Source of the DNA: Eledone cirrhosa
Lineage: Eukaryota
DNA: 64,000 nt
Reading direction: 5' to 3'
Assembly: GCA_964016885.1 (NCBI GenBank)
Contig: OZ024740.1
Location: 123,194,001 to 123,258,000, forward strand
In this document: positions 1 to 13,662 of the stretch, piece after piece
Layout: every line of letters begins with the position of its first letter
Position numbering within the stretch: the stretch's first letter is position 1
Program-made: the position numbers and the translations under genes
The notes under the pieces: generated by a model
Told to the model about the DNA's origin: nothing
Databases searched by the model: none
The model's input: the letters and a program-made list of their open reading frames with translations, nothing else

Positions 1-21
1 CCCCACCCACACACTGGCTTA

Positions 22-590
<569 letters not shown>

Positions 591-931
591 TTTTCGTTCT
601 ACATGGTTGAATGCAATAAATGTAATATTCGAAACATACGGTATATTGCCAAACATACTATGCATACATTAATGTATACATCGCTATTTCAGCGCTTCAT
701 TCCTAATACTTATTTTTTGCTGGCACGGCAATCGGTCTGTATAATCAACTCCTGTTTATTACTGAAATTCTATAAGATTCCAGCTTCTATAATTTTTGGT
801 GGAAGGGGGCAGTACGTAGCTCTGATGATTGCCAAACAGCATTCTCTGCCTTTTTTCGCCGAAAAGAAGTAAGTGACATAGACACTACTTTAAAAATGAT
901 ACCATAAGGTCTTCAAAATGTTTTTAATATA

Positions 932-1090
932 TCATCATCGTCGTTTAACGTCTATCTTCCACGCTAGCATGGGTTTAGACAGGAATTTGCCCACTTGAGG
1001 CAAGATTGGTTGTCTTGCTCGTATAGGACTATCTGGCAGGTTTCCTACGACTGGGTGCCCTTCCTAACACCAACCACGTTTACAGTGTGG
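932..1090 (-). mobile_element. RTE LINE 3' end fragment (family A)
   Basis: Matches the 3' UTR and (GAT)n tail of the copies at 2634, 19290-19450 and 56930-57085. Confidence 0.8.
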
Positions 1091-1442
1091 ATATATACTG
1101 TATATATATTAATAAAATTTGAGTATTCTCATCACAGAAGGTAGCTGTTACCAGCTGTATACTACTTGCATAGTAACATTTTTTTAATTTTTGTAAAGAT
1201 ATAACCATAAATCGAATGGAGAGTGTGGAAGAGAGAGGGAGAAAGAGAAGAGAAAAGAGGGGCTTAAAGGGAGAGAGAGGAGAGGAGGAGGCGAGAGAAA
1301 ATTGTGGACTAGAGCGATGGAGAGATGATAGAAAGATGGAGTGAAAGATTATCAAGAATAAGGTACTTGACGTTATTTGGATCGTCAATCCCCTATCGAT
1401 ATTCTGCGATATAATTTTGCAACATAGTTTCACTCGAAAATG

Positions 1443-1506
<64 letters not shown>

Positions 1507-1509
<3 letters not shown>

Positions 1510-2334
1510 CTAAAAATTGATTAACATATAAATATACATGAATAATCACAGGAGATCATTTTTGCTCGCGTGTAACCACGCATAGTTAGTATAGGTAATA
1601 TTTACCTTTAAGAGTGATTAACCTTCCTTGTATATATCCCATTAAAGAAATATATTTCACCAATTAATCAGATGGTAAGTAATATGCTCGGATTTATCTT
1701 TGAGCTTAATTTCCAAGATATATGGCGCATGCATTATGACATGATACCCATAATTTCGATCTAGATTAAATTCATTTAATTTATTTTATCTTAATTTTGG
1801 ATTTAGATATATATATACGGCTCCTTAATTGTAGAGCTATTTCTGTTGAAGAGAATTTGTCTGCTATTTCTAGTTGTCGAATACCCATTCTCGCCACTGA
1901 AACGAAACCGCTATCTTGTGTAGACACAACACGTGGTAACGGCTAGTTGAAGATTTGAACTCATTCTGTAAGGACGAATAGCTGGACATTATTACACTTT
2001 CCTTGTTGACAATTCCATAATATCCACTTTCCGTGACTTACCATCTGATTAATTGGTGAAATATATTTTTTTAATGGGATATATACAAGGAAGGTTAATC
2101 ACTCTTAAAGGTAAATATTACCTATACTAGCTATGTGTGGTTACACGCGAGCAAAAATTATCTCCTGTGATTATTCATGTATATTTATATGTTAATTAAT
2201 TTCTAGTTATTATAATATGCTCGGATTTATCTTTGAGCTTAATTTCCAGGATATATGGCGCATGCATTATGACATGACACCCATAATTTCGATCTAGATT
2301 AAATTCATTTAATTTATTTTATCTTAATTTTGGA

Positions 2335-2340
<6 letters not shown>
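1507..2340. mobile_element. (TA)n-flanked pseudo-LTR-like cassette with an inverted and a direct partial duplication
   Basis: 1507-1680 is the reverse complement of about 2037-2210; 1681-1803 repeats 2214-2337 directly. Confidence 0.75.
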
Positions 2341-2373
<33 letters not shown>

Positions 2374-2535
2374 CATCATCTACATCATCATCATCATTTT
2401 ACATCCGCTTTTCCCTGCATGCAAGGGCTCGACGGGTCCTATTCAGCACATCATCTCTCCACTTGTCACGGTCTTTCGTCATCACCTCGGTGAGTTTCAG
2501 CGATCTGAGGAGTGCTCTCACCACATCCGCCGATG
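2374..2535 (-). mobile_element. RTE LINE 3' end fragment (family B)
   Basis: Translates to EVMTKDRDKWRD; same 3' end as 7450-7555; (GAT)n tail. Confidence 0.8.
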
Positions 2536-2633
2536 TTTTATATATACAGGTATATATACATACACATATATACCATATACATATATATACACACACATAT
2601 ACCATATACATATATATATAGAGAGAGAGATAT

Positions 2634-3652
2634 CATCATCATCATCACCATCATCTTCGTTTAACATCCATCTTCCACACTAGCATGGGTTAGACGGGAG
2701 TTGTCCCACATGAGGCAAGGTTGGTCGGGCGACCGTGTCTCGCTCATATAGGACTATCTGGTAGGTTTTCTATGGCTGGATGCCCTTCCTAACACCAACC
2801 ACATTTAGAGTGTGGAACTGGGAACTTTTAACCGTGTTACCTACACGGCCACATACAGCGTAGACTGTGTGTCTTTTTGTTGTGACACCTACACGATCTT
2901 GATCTCATTATCTCATCTATTTGGACTGGATGTTGTGGTACCAACTTTACAGAGAGAGGGTGGTGTTGGTGGGAGTGGGAGGATAGGGTAGGGGTAGTGG
3001 ATTGGTGTGTATATTTGGTTACGAGGTGCCTACTGACTGTAGGTTTCGCTTTGTACGTAGGCAAGGTGGGTCTTCTGTATTACTCTGTAGCGCCAAAGAT
3101 CTCGGTACAGTGACATTGTCTTAGAGAGGTGCAAATGTGTAAGGTCTGAATTTATCACATCGTCCCAGGTTTTTCTGGGTCTACCTGCTCTGTAACTACC
3201 ATCAATTTTGATCGCCGTGCACTTTTTAATACAGCTGTCGTCTTTCATGCGCATCACGTGGACATACCAACGTAGTCTTCTCTCAAGTAAACAGCATCTG
3301 ATCCCTCTTATTCCTAATTTCTAACTTAGTTCATTTATGCTTTGCCGTTCACGTATATTACTATTACACATCCAACGGAGCATGCATACTTCCTTCCTTT
3401 CCAATCTACGTAGGTCCTCTTCACGAAATGCCCATGTCTCACTGCCATGTAGCATTGTTGTTCGTATACAGGCATCATACAATCTGCCTTTCATTTTTAG
3501 AGCGAAACCTTTTGTGGCTAACAGCGGTATAAGCTCTCTGAACTTTTTCCATCACGTTCTGACTCTGGCTACTGTACTTTCAGATCACCCTCCACCACTG
3601 CTGATTTCATCACCCAGCTAACGGAAGGTGTCTACTCTTTCTATAGAACCAT
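2634..3652 (-). mobile_element. 5'-truncated decayed RTE LINE (RT C-terminus and 3' UTR)
   Basis: [11 protein letters not shown] and LYDACIRTTMLHGSETWA-type motifs; (GAT)n tail. Confidence 0.9.
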
Positions 3653-3837
3653 ATATATATATATATATATATATATAAACACAGACACAGATATATATAT
3701 ATATATATACACACTTATAAATGTATGCACATGTACATATACAGCCACAAAGACACCAATATGTGTAAAAGAAATCACGCAGACATACTAGTATGTTAAA
3801 ATGAAAGCATAATACATTTTAAAAAAATGTATATAAT

Positions 3838-4023
3838 AATTGTTTCTACTTTTGACACAAGACAGCAATTACCCGATGCATTACGGGTACTTTATTTTAC
3901 CGACCCCGTAAGGATGAAAACCAAAGTTAACCTCGGCGGGATTTGATTTGAACTCAGACCATAAAGGACCGTAACTCTATGCTGCAAAGCGTGGTGTCTG
4001 ACTCTCTACCGATACTGCCAATT
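3838..4023 (-). mobile_element. tRNA-derived SINE family 1 (Meta-SINE-like central domain)
   Basis: B-box GAGTTCAAAT plus a GCCGAGGTTAACTTTG..TCATCCTTACGGGGTCG..AAAATAAAGTACC core shared by about 10 copies. Confidence 0.85.
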
Positions 4024-4039
4024 GTATATCATAATGAGG

Positions 4040-7000
4040 GGTGGATAGGGCCCTTGAGTCCAGTAAGACGACCTCTCTAGCGCTGGTAGCCCGAATAAAA
4101 GCACCTAGTCCATGCTGTAAAATGGAGGAGTAAAGAGGGCCCCTGAGTCCAGTAAAACAACCTCTCTAGTGCTGGTGGCACACATTAAAGCACCCAGTAC
4201 ATGCTGTAAAGTGGTACTGGCTTTAGGAAGGGCATCCAACCAGTATAATAAATGCCAAAATTATGAGCAAATAAGAATTGCAACAACTGCGTCAACAGCA
4301 ATAATACTAACCATGTTAGGGCTGCGCACGGTAGTGGGGTGGCCTGTGCGGCCGTGTGCAAGAACCCCCCAACCGTCATCAAGCAATCGCACAAAAACAA
4401 CTGCGTATACAGCAATAACACTAACCATGTTAGGGCTGCGCACGGTAGTGGGGTGCCTAGTGAGGCCATGTGTGAGAACCCCACGACCGTCATCAGGCAA
4501 TTGCACAACAGAAAATAGAACGAGTTGTCGCATATTAGAGTTGCCATACATAATGTTAGCACGCTAACAGGTAGATCTGGTAAGATAGCGGAGATGCTGC
4601 AGAGAAGGCATGTGGATGTGTGCTGTGTGCAAGAGGTGAGATGGAGAGGTGCCCCTTCAAGATTAATCGCAGGCAAACATCGTAGTTATAAGTTTTTCTG
4701 TGTGGGTCATGCTGATATGTTAGGTGGGGTGAGCATATTACTGGCTGAGAGATGTATCAATAAGACAACAGAGGTAGTTAGAGTTAGTAATAGAATAATT
4801 AAGCTTAGATTAGTTGTAGGCAAGAGACTACTGACAATCATCTCTGCCTATGCTCCCCAGGCAGGCCTAAATAAAGAAGAGCAAGACTGCTTTTACATGC
4901 AACTTTTACAAACAGCCTCAATGACAGAGGACAGAGATATCGTTATGCTAGCGGAGGACTTTAATGGACATGTTGAACAGGATGGATACAGTGGGGTACA
5001 TGGTAGGCACGGTTAAGGCTCAAGAAATGAAGAAGGAGTGAGACTTCTTGAATTTTGTGATGCAAATGCACTAACCATTTGCAACACTAACTTCCAGAAG
5101 CCTACCAACCACCTAATAACCTACAAATCTGACGAGCACATAAGCCAGATTGACTTCCTGCTAGTTAGACAGCGTGACAGACAGATGGTGTCAAATACTA
5201 GAGTATACCCCAGGGAAGAATGTATCCCACAGCATAGGTTAGTCGTTAGTGGCATCTCAGAAAGCAAGAGAAAGAATGAGACATACAGGAAGGTGTGGGA
5301 AAGAAAGGTCTGGAAGCTAAAACCTTTCATTAAAATATAAATTTAGCAAAGCCCATCAAGATGTGTATGACGAAAAAGATGATTTAGAGTTGTATGACCT
5401 AGATGATAACTGGAATTTCTTGCATGACAACTTACTGCAGGCTACTGAATAAACTTGTGGTTGGGGTAGAGCTTCAACCAGACAGAGAGTGACCGGGTGA
5501 TGCAACAGCACGGTAGATAGGGCCATTAGAGACAAAATACTGGCATGGAAGGCTTGGAAAAAAGGTGGGAGTAGAGAAGGATATGCAGCCGCTAAGAGAA
5601 AAGCTAGAGGCCAGGTGTACTTAGCATGCAGGGAGGCTGAGAGTAGGAGATTTGCCAATGTTCTGCAACGGGAAGATCAGAGGCGTGCGGTGTTCTGCAT
5701 TGTGTCAGTGCAAATCAGGATGTTGTTGGAGATAAATGTGTCCGGAATTATGCCGATGTACTTAGTGTCATGTTGATAAAAAAAGGGAGACCTGGAAATA
5801 TCATTATGAGAGACTGATGAATGTGGAGAACAAATGAGACAGAGAGAATTTACTCCCAGTAGACCCGACAGAGGGACCAGCTATTGGGATTGACGAATAT
5901 AGGTTACAAGAGGCAATTAAGGAAATCAAGAATGGTAAGGCTGCTGGACCGTCGGGGATAGTTGCTGAGATGCTGAAGGCATAAGGAGAAGTAGGCACTA
6001 AACTAGTTGCACGCATCATTAATCAAGCTATATAAGGTGGTGTCACACACAAAGATTGGTGCAGCAGTATTCTCATAAATTGCTACAAAGTTAAAGGAGA
6101 TGCTCTAGAGAGGAGCATTGATAGGGGCATAAAGCTGATGGATCAGGTTATGAAAGAGGCAGGGAGAATATTAGATCAACTGATTAGAGAGAGGGTCAAA
6201 TTAGATGAGATGTAGTTTGGTGTTGTGCCTCGGAAAAGTATAACAGATCCCCTCTTCTTAGTGAGGCAACTACAAGAGAGGTTCTTAGAGAAGAATAAGC
6301 CACTATACTTAAATGTTGTTGACATAGAGAAGGCCTTTGATAGGGTACCCCGATCTGTCATCTGGTGTTCCCTAAGGAAACGAGGTTTTGAGGAATGGCT
6401 TGTGAGGACAGTGCCAGCTATGTACAGAGGTGCTATCAGTAAAGTGAGAATAAGAATGGAGTTTAGTGAGGAATTCCAGATACAAGTAGGTGTACATCAG
6501 GGTTCGGTTCTCATCCCGATCTTGTTCATTATAGTCCTCCAAGCCATAACAGAGGAGTTTAAGACTGGCTGTCCATGGGAACTTCTCTATGCTGACGATC
6601 TGTCTCTTATAGCAGAATTAATAGAGGAGCTAGAGAATAAATTCTGGCTATGGAAACAGCAGTTGGAATCAAAAGGCCTGAGAAAGAAAGGCGTTGATAA
6701 GTAGAAGAGAGGACAATAATCCGATTCCATCGGGTAAATGGCCATGTTCGATATGTAGGAAAGGAAATGGCATAAATTCCATAAAATGTACGCAATGCAG
6801 ATCTTGGGTAAACAAGAGATGTAGTGGGATAGCAGGCAAACTAACAGGTAGGGAAAACTATGTATGCAGTAGATGTACATGGAAATTAGACAGTAGTAAT
6901 CGCAGTAATAGACACGTTTATCCAATGCAGGGGGTTCTATAGAAATGGTTGATAGTTTCCGGTACCTAGGTGATCAGATTAGCATGGGAGGGGGTATTCC

Positions 7001-7555
7001 GAGGCCAGAGTATCTAGAATAAGGACGGGTTGGAAGAAGTTTAGGGAGCTGCTTCCTTTGTTGACAAAGAAGAATTTCTCCCTGCGTATGAAAGGACGGT
7101 TATATGATGCCTGTGTGAGATGCGCGATGCTGCATGGTAGTGAGACATGGACACTAACTGCAGAAGATATGCGACGGCTGGAGAGAAATGAAGCATGTAT
7201 GCTCCGTTAGATGTGCAATGTCATGTGCGTGAACACCCAAGCACAGATTAGTTGAGAAAGAAACTGGATATAAGAGTGATAAGTTGTGCTGTGCAGGAGA
7301 GAAGGCTGAGATGGATGGACATATGATGCACATGGAGGATGACCGCTGGGTAAAGAAGTGCCAAGAAATCCCAGTAGAAGGAAGACACAGTAGAGATATA
7401 CCAAGAAAAACATGGGCGTAGTTGGTGAGACCAGACCTCAGATCGCTCATGGTGGAGATGACGAAGGACTGTGACAAGTGGAGAGATGCTGTGCTGGAGA
7501 GGACCCGTCCAACCCTTGCAAGCAGGGAAAAGCGGACGTAAAATGATGATGATAA
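4040..7555 (+). mobile_element. Near full-length degenerate RTE-clade LINE (APE endonuclease + RT) with several stops and frameshifts
   Basis: EN motifs CCVQEVRW, ISAYAPQ, DFNGHV, SQIDFLL (4525-5340); RT motifs DIEKAFDRVPR, GVHQGSVL, LLYADDL (6225-6704); (GAT)n tail at about 7543; about 120-bp tandem duplication in the 5' region (4280-4520). Confidence 0.95.
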
Positions 7556-7989
7556 TATAGATGGATCAGTTGGAGATGCCACAGGAGTAGTGAAAGTTAA
7601 GATTTATCAAACAGAATCCGACAGAAGGTTTAATATAGTGTCCGCAGAGATGAGATAGTCGACCACAGACAGGTATATTACGAAAGCAAGGATATATGTA
7701 CAAGTTGAATATGTGCCCATAAGTTGTGCTTGTATATGTGAGTGTTTTCTTATGCATGTATTTTCCATTGTGTAAGATGTTGTGTACTGTTCTGTAGTTT
7801 ACACAAGGGAGATTCTCTATGCATGTGTGCGTTTAAATAAATGCTAATTTGTGCATGCAGAATGTGTCCAAAATTGGTTCAGGTGTTCAGCAAACTGCCG
7901 GGCCACCCTAGTGTGTGGATGGGAACTGCTTCCCATTGTCCACATGCAATGGGAAAATTCAGTGCAGAAAAGGTGCAATTCTGGTAGTG

Positions 7990-8215
7990 CGTGCAAGCCA
8001 TAATGATCAGATTATGTTTAAATTTAACTATTTCCATGGCTTCCGCCACACAGATTTGCAACAGTCAGCACCAACGGAATACGCGACCATGCGATGCACT
8101 ATACTCCGGTGTAGCTTGAAGTCCATGCTGCTGTCTTTTAATGTCCAGATTAAGTGCGCCAGTCTAGTGGAGTGCCTCTTGGTCCGGTCCTTCAAAGAGT
8201 TTGTGTGGTTATCCA
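7990..8215 (-). mobile_element. Penelope-like GIY-YIG C-terminal fragment
   Basis: HTNSLKDRTKRHSTRLAHLIWTLKD followed, after a frameshift, by CVAEAMEIVKF; resembles the C-terminus of 35617-36249. Confidence 0.7.
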
Positions 8216-8361
8216 TCCTCAACATAAAGCTCATGAATGCTGCAATGATATAGTTATGCACTGTGTTCCTTGTTACAATGGAAATGAAAACATGTTGGTC
8301 AAAATGTCCAGTGAGATTGATGCACATGCAGTTTCAATTTCTCCTCTATGAGCCGCACATG

Positions 8362-8455
<94 letters not shown>

Positions 8456-9169
8456 GTGTGCTTATATACTTAGTTGTTGAGATGTGTTGGTTGTAAGTGT
8501 TGCCATGTGTGTACCCATGTGCAATTGCTGAGAGCAAAACACTATGGAACACAGATCATTGAAGCAGATCATGAGTGGGGTGGTGCTGTGCTTGAAAGGA
8601 CCTGTCCAACACATGCAAGCATGGAAAATTGGATGAAAAATAGAAATGATGATAATGATGATGAAGTTGAAGCTATTTTAATCTGTATTCCATACCTATA
8701 GATTTACCTGCGATAATTTCTCTCATATACACACCCAAGAGCAAGTGTCTGCTACTGTAACCTCAATATTACCAAATAGCTTGCAAGTGAAATTTGGACT
8801 ATGGAATCTGAGTTAATGTGTATGGTATGTCTGATGTCTGTATCCATTCTTGTGAATGCAGGAGTGAATCAGTCGATCAAATCACAATCTGTTACACAAA
8901 CAGTATAACACTTGACCATTAAATAAATAAAGACCAACAAAATAAATACTACATTGAAACAAGAACTATTATTAATGTGGTTGTCTAAAAGTACTTCAAG
9001 GCAATGACATGTTAGCCATTATACTCTATTTCCCCTGATTTAGCTAACTACCTACTGGCCAGTAATGATAGGAAAGTAGAGAAAAGTAATAATTCCTCAA
9101 CTAATACTGCAAATAATCTAGAAATAGGATAAAACAGAATAATTAACTTCCCAAACCCTCTAAATCTAA

Positions 9170-9600
9170 TAAATGTACACATTATTCTCTCATGCACACA
9201 ACCTTAGATTCTCCTTGAACACAACTTCTCGCTCAGCTCGTCCAAGTTCTAGTTTTCTCCCATATTTACATTACACATCCAACAAAACATCATGCTTCAT
9301 TTCTCTCCTATCTATGCATATACTCTGCAGTCACAGCCCATGTTTCATAACCATGCAGCCTTGCATGTTGCACACAGGCATCATACAGCGTATTTTTTGT
9401 ATGTAGGGAGACAAATTTTGTTGTCAAAAGTGAGAGTAGTTCTCTAAACTTCTTCTATTCAATCATTATTCTAGCTATTATACTCTTGGGGCACCCAGCT
9501 CCACTGCAAATTAGGTTACCTAGATAGCCGAAGCTGTCAACCATGTCTATGGATCCCTCCTGAGACTGGAAAAGGTTTATATTAGCGGCACTCCTCCCCT
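9170..9600 (-). mobile_element. Old RTE LINE RT fragment
   Basis: DSFGYLG, RELLSLL and YDACVQHARLHGYETWA motifs on the minus strand. Confidence 0.75.
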
Positions 9601-9624
9601 CGATTATATATAATATATGTATAT

Positions 9625-10090
9625 TATATATATAAAATAGTAGATATATAAAATTAAGTATGTGTGTATGTCTGTGTGTCTGTGTATTACCTATAGGGGC
9701 CTACATCTTACGACCGATTTTGATGAAACTTTACATGCTCATAGATTAGTCATCGGGGAGTGTTTACTATATATCAGCGTATCGTTTTTTTTTATTTCGG
9801 GGTCATTCGGCAGATGAAAATCGATAGGGGGGGTCACCTTTTTATAGGTATCGAAAAATAAGATTTTTAGCTCTAGCTCCCAGATATTGCTACCGATTTT
9901 GTTCAAATTTTACGCTAGATCTGATTATTTCACGTCTTAAAGTGGCTTTACATTTTGTTCAGGGACGGCGTGGCATCCGCTTAAATATTTGAAAATACCA
10001 CCTTATCGCTCAAATTTCCGCATTTTGGGCTCTAGCTCCCACATTTTTCAAGCGATTTCTTTCAAATTCGAAACTCCCTCCCCCAGCATG
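9625..10090 (+). mobile_element. Probable non-autonomous Helitron-like element
   Basis: TATATATAAAAT start, (TGTC/TGTG) block and recurring CCGATTTTGATGAAACTTT-like motifs (9714, 9894, 10053). Confidence 0.5.
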
Positions 10091-10479
10091 CCGCTTCATC
10101 AGTCATGGTGCATGGTTCTCAGACATGACACCCTTAATTTAATTTTGGTTATATATATAAACAATTGTTCTCGCTATGGTGAACTAACTGTTGTGTTACT
10201 ACTTCTATATATATATCATCATTATCATCATCATCACCGTTTTACGTCCGTTCTACCACGCTAGCATGGGTGAGACGGGATGCCCTGTTGTGGGCAGTGT
10301 CCAATCGGCTGACCTTGCCTTGCTCATATGGGAACTGCTTCTGGCTTGATTTCTACAGCTGGATGCCCTTCCTAACACCAACCTCATTTACAGTGAGTGC
10401 TGGGTGTTTTTTTGCCGTGGCACCTCCACGACCACTTTGCAGTGGACCGATAGGGACCCCAGTCCTATCATCTCATTTC

Positions 10480-10610
10480 TACAGATGAGTAAACTGGAGC
10501 AATATGAAATAAGTGTCTTGCTCAAAGAAACAACACATCACCCGGTCTGAGAATTGAATTCGCACCCTTACGATTGCAAGCCCAATGCTCTAACCACTAA
10601 GCCATGCGCC

Positions 10611-10613
<3 letters not shown>
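10480..10613 (-). mobile_element. tRNA-derived SINE family 2 (CORE-like)
   Basis: A-box TGGCTTAGTGG, B-box-like segment and TTGAGCAAGACACTTATTTC motif; related copy at 13408. Confidence 0.75.
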
Positions 10614-10701
<88 letters not shown>

Positions 10702-10741
10702 GTGTATACATATATGTGCGTATATATATATATATATATAC

Positions 10742-13152
10742 ACAGTTCAAGAGTAACCAATCTTAAAGAGAGATATGGAGATAGGAGAGGAGAAATTGGT
10801 GAATTAGTTAGAAGCCAAAGCGCAAAAGCATGTGCTAAATGTGCAATATGCCACAGAAAGCAGCTAGGTGGCTGGGTTCATGCAGAAGTTAAGTGCCCAG
10901 AGCTGGAAATATTCATTAGTTAAGCAAAACAAGACCACAAATTTCACAAGGACGACATTATTAAAAGATTGTCAACATATTTTAGTTTGATGTAAGGAAT
11001 GTAGAGAATAATAATAATAATAATATTAATAATATTAATGTCCGTTTACAATTGTTCGCTACTCCATATAATATTTCTGGATCAAATGATTATATATCAT
11101 TATTGATCTGGTTCAGTTGAAAATAATTAACATAGGTAAAGATAGAGCATCTCATCGGAACTACAAAAGGAATATAAATTAAAACAAGGAAAGAATGTTA
11201 CATAAATGTAATGTTCCATATATTGGTATTTCACTATGGTGTCCTGGGTATATCAATTGTCTGCCATAGTGGAGCAGTATTCTTCTGTCGAGGCTGCATT
11301 GTGTGAGATCTGCCTATGGGTAACAAGATGGCCGCCAAAGGACATATTTACCTTACTAATTAGAGGGTGGTTTCAGGGAAAGTAACTCCTCGACAGATTA
11401 GAAATTGTGGGTAGTTTATAGTTAATTGCTAATATTTTAATTGTTTAATTGAGACAATGTAGGGGAGGTAACTTATAATTATCTAAGTTTGTTATAGCTA
11501 TTTAACTTATTAGCTACAAGTAAAAATGGGGCTAGATGACTATGTTGGGTCAAATATTCTATTGGCGAAGGAATTAGCTCTTCGATGTTGACAGCTAATA
11601 GTTACCTCCGTTCTATCGTTAATCGGTAGAGGTCGTGATAGAGTTATGTAATATGCTTCGGTAATACAGAGATCCCAAGATTTTCTTCGTCCATTGAACG
11701 GTTGGGCCCTAGCTACGATATCCCATTATAGTGAGTGTTCAATGTTGCTTAATTTAAGGTTTTTAATTAGCCTAGTTAGAGATGTCGAACATCTGTTGCT
11801 AGGGTCTCGGAAGGAATAAGAGTGCGCGTTATAACGTACGTTAAATGGGTTAGAGGTAGACTCGATATAAGAGCTGGTATTCGAAGCAGTTTTAACCGTG
11901 CACCTATAGACTATGTTGGGTGTCGGTCAGTGTCGATTTAATGGGCATGCATTAGGGTAACGGCAGTTGCAGTTGCTTCTGCGGTTAGTGAGAGTAGGGT
12001 AGTTTAACCTAAACGGTTGGTCAGTGCTAGAAGGATTTGAATGGGGAGGTGTGCTTCTAGAGTAAGTATTGGTGTAGTGGCGTGGTGTATTTGATGTGGT
12101 GGTGGCACCGCGGTGTGGTAGTTATAATGTCTTAGTTTATGATGGTTACTGAATGCGATGTGGCTAACTAGGTTAGGTGTTGTGAAGAATGAGATTTTAA
12201 TGTTATATATATTAAAGAGTTTGTAATATCTATGGTTGAGGGGGGGATGTTTAGATGGGATAGAGAAGAAGCGTTTAGGGATATTAGTGACTAGATTAGA
12301 TGAGAATGGGGGGTTAAGCCAGGTGATATTTCTAGGCCTATTCCTTCTAAGGGTTCTAGTGGAGTTGGTAGGGGCCTTCATAGGGTTATTATTACATGGT
12401 CATTTGTTATTTGTCATCCCATTGCTAATTTCTATTCTAGGGTTGATTTTTTGTTTGCTACTTGGAGTTGGAAGCAGGCCACTGCTACCATTAAGGTTCC
12501 CTGTATAAGTGCTGTTACTGCTAAAATTCCGGCGAATCTGGCTATATGCTAAGGTATTTCTAGTTCTAGTGTTAAGTGTATTATGGTTGTGGTGAAGTTC
12601 TATGTTATGGCATTTAGGTATGTAGTAAATGAACTGTTCATAACCAGATTCAGAAGAGCCTTATTATAATATGCTGCATAGTTTATAAATATCTCCTCAT
12701 TTGCTGATAGCATGGAGATCCTATACGAGATGGCGGCCATCTTGTTACCCATAGGCAGATCTAACACAATGCAGCCTCGACAGAAGAATACTGTTCTATT
12801 ATGGCAGACAATTTATATACCCAGGACACCATAGTGAAATACCAATATATGGAACATTACATTTATGTAAAATTATTTCCTTATTTTAATTTATATTCCT
12901 TTTGAAGTTTCGATGAGCTGCTCTATCTTTACCTATGTTAATTATTTCCAACTGAACCAGATCAATAATGATATATAATCAGTTGATCCATAAATATTAT
13001 ATGGAGTAGCGAAACAATTGTAAACGGACATTATTATTATTAATATTATTATTATTCTCTACATTCCTTACATTAAACTAAAATATGTTAACAATCTTTT
13101 AATAATGTCTTCCTTGTGAAATTTGTGGTCTTGTTTTGCTTAACTAATGAAT
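10742..13152 (-). mobile_element. 5'-truncated Penelope/Poseidon-type PLE with 3' pseudo-LTR and inverted pseudo-LTR copy at its 5' end
   Basis: RNITWLNPPFS, CNCRYPNACPL, NIVYRCTV and WDLCITEAY on the minus strand (about 11570-12730); 12731-13152 is the reverse complement of about 10908-11337; (TA)n at both ends. Confidence 0.9.
12907..13025 (+). ncRNA. Hammerhead-like motif with about 94-nt stem II domain (other copies 11044-11161 minus, 61023-61141 minus, 61441-61559 plus)
   Basis: gtt-(T/C)CGATGA-gctgctc..gagtagc-GAAA-caattg-TA-aac; palindromic stem III. Confidence 0.65.
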
Positions 13153-13327
13153 ATATATATATATATAGTTAAAAGAATAGAGGTTTAACACACAAGTTAT
13201 TATATATTGGTAAACGGAATAGAAAATGCTGATAAATTGTTCACAGTTGAAAAATGGTTTAATTAGGAATAAAAGAGTATTAGTGATTGTATGGGTTAGT
13301 ATTCAGTTGTGGTTTTAAGCTTTTAAG

Positions 13328-13366
13328 TTTTTACCGGTTGCGCATTTCTAAATGCTTTTCAAAAAT
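13328..13366 (-). ncRNA. Variant hammerhead motif (TTGAAAA core, GAAA changed to GCAA), probably decayed
   Basis: ttt-TTGAAAA-gcatt..aatgc-GCAA-ccgg-TA-aaa. Confidence 0.55.
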
Positions 13367-13407
13367 AATTTTGAGATAGAGTGTCCGTGCTGTTATATAT
13401 ATGTGTA

Positions 13408-13535
13408 AGGCGTGTGACTGAGTGGTTAGAGAATTGGATTCGCAATCGTAAGGTTGTGAGTTCGATTCCTGGACCAGGTGATGCGTTATGTCCTTGAGCA
13501 AGACACTTTATTTCACGTTGCTCCTTCTACCTGGA
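13408..13535 (+). mobile_element. tRNA-derived SINE family 2 (CORE-like)
   Basis: TGACTGAGTGG A-box, GAGTTCGATTCC B-box and TGTCCTTGAGCAAGACACTT motif. Confidence 0.8.
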
Positions 13536-13630
13536 GTTGCGACCGATAGATAGTATTAGGAATTGGAAAGACCAACGGAAACATTGTTACCTCGGTCCGA
13601 TTTGACGAAAGTCGATTGTTCCTTAATATG

Positions 13631-13662
<32 letters not shown>

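Noticed and set aside
815-880. CTGATGA followed by GAAA at about 822-864
   Set aside because: No credible stem I, II or III pairing
3838-4023. A/B-box sequences as tRNA genes
   Set aside because: No cloverleaf; they are SINE heads with shared bodies and AT-rich tails
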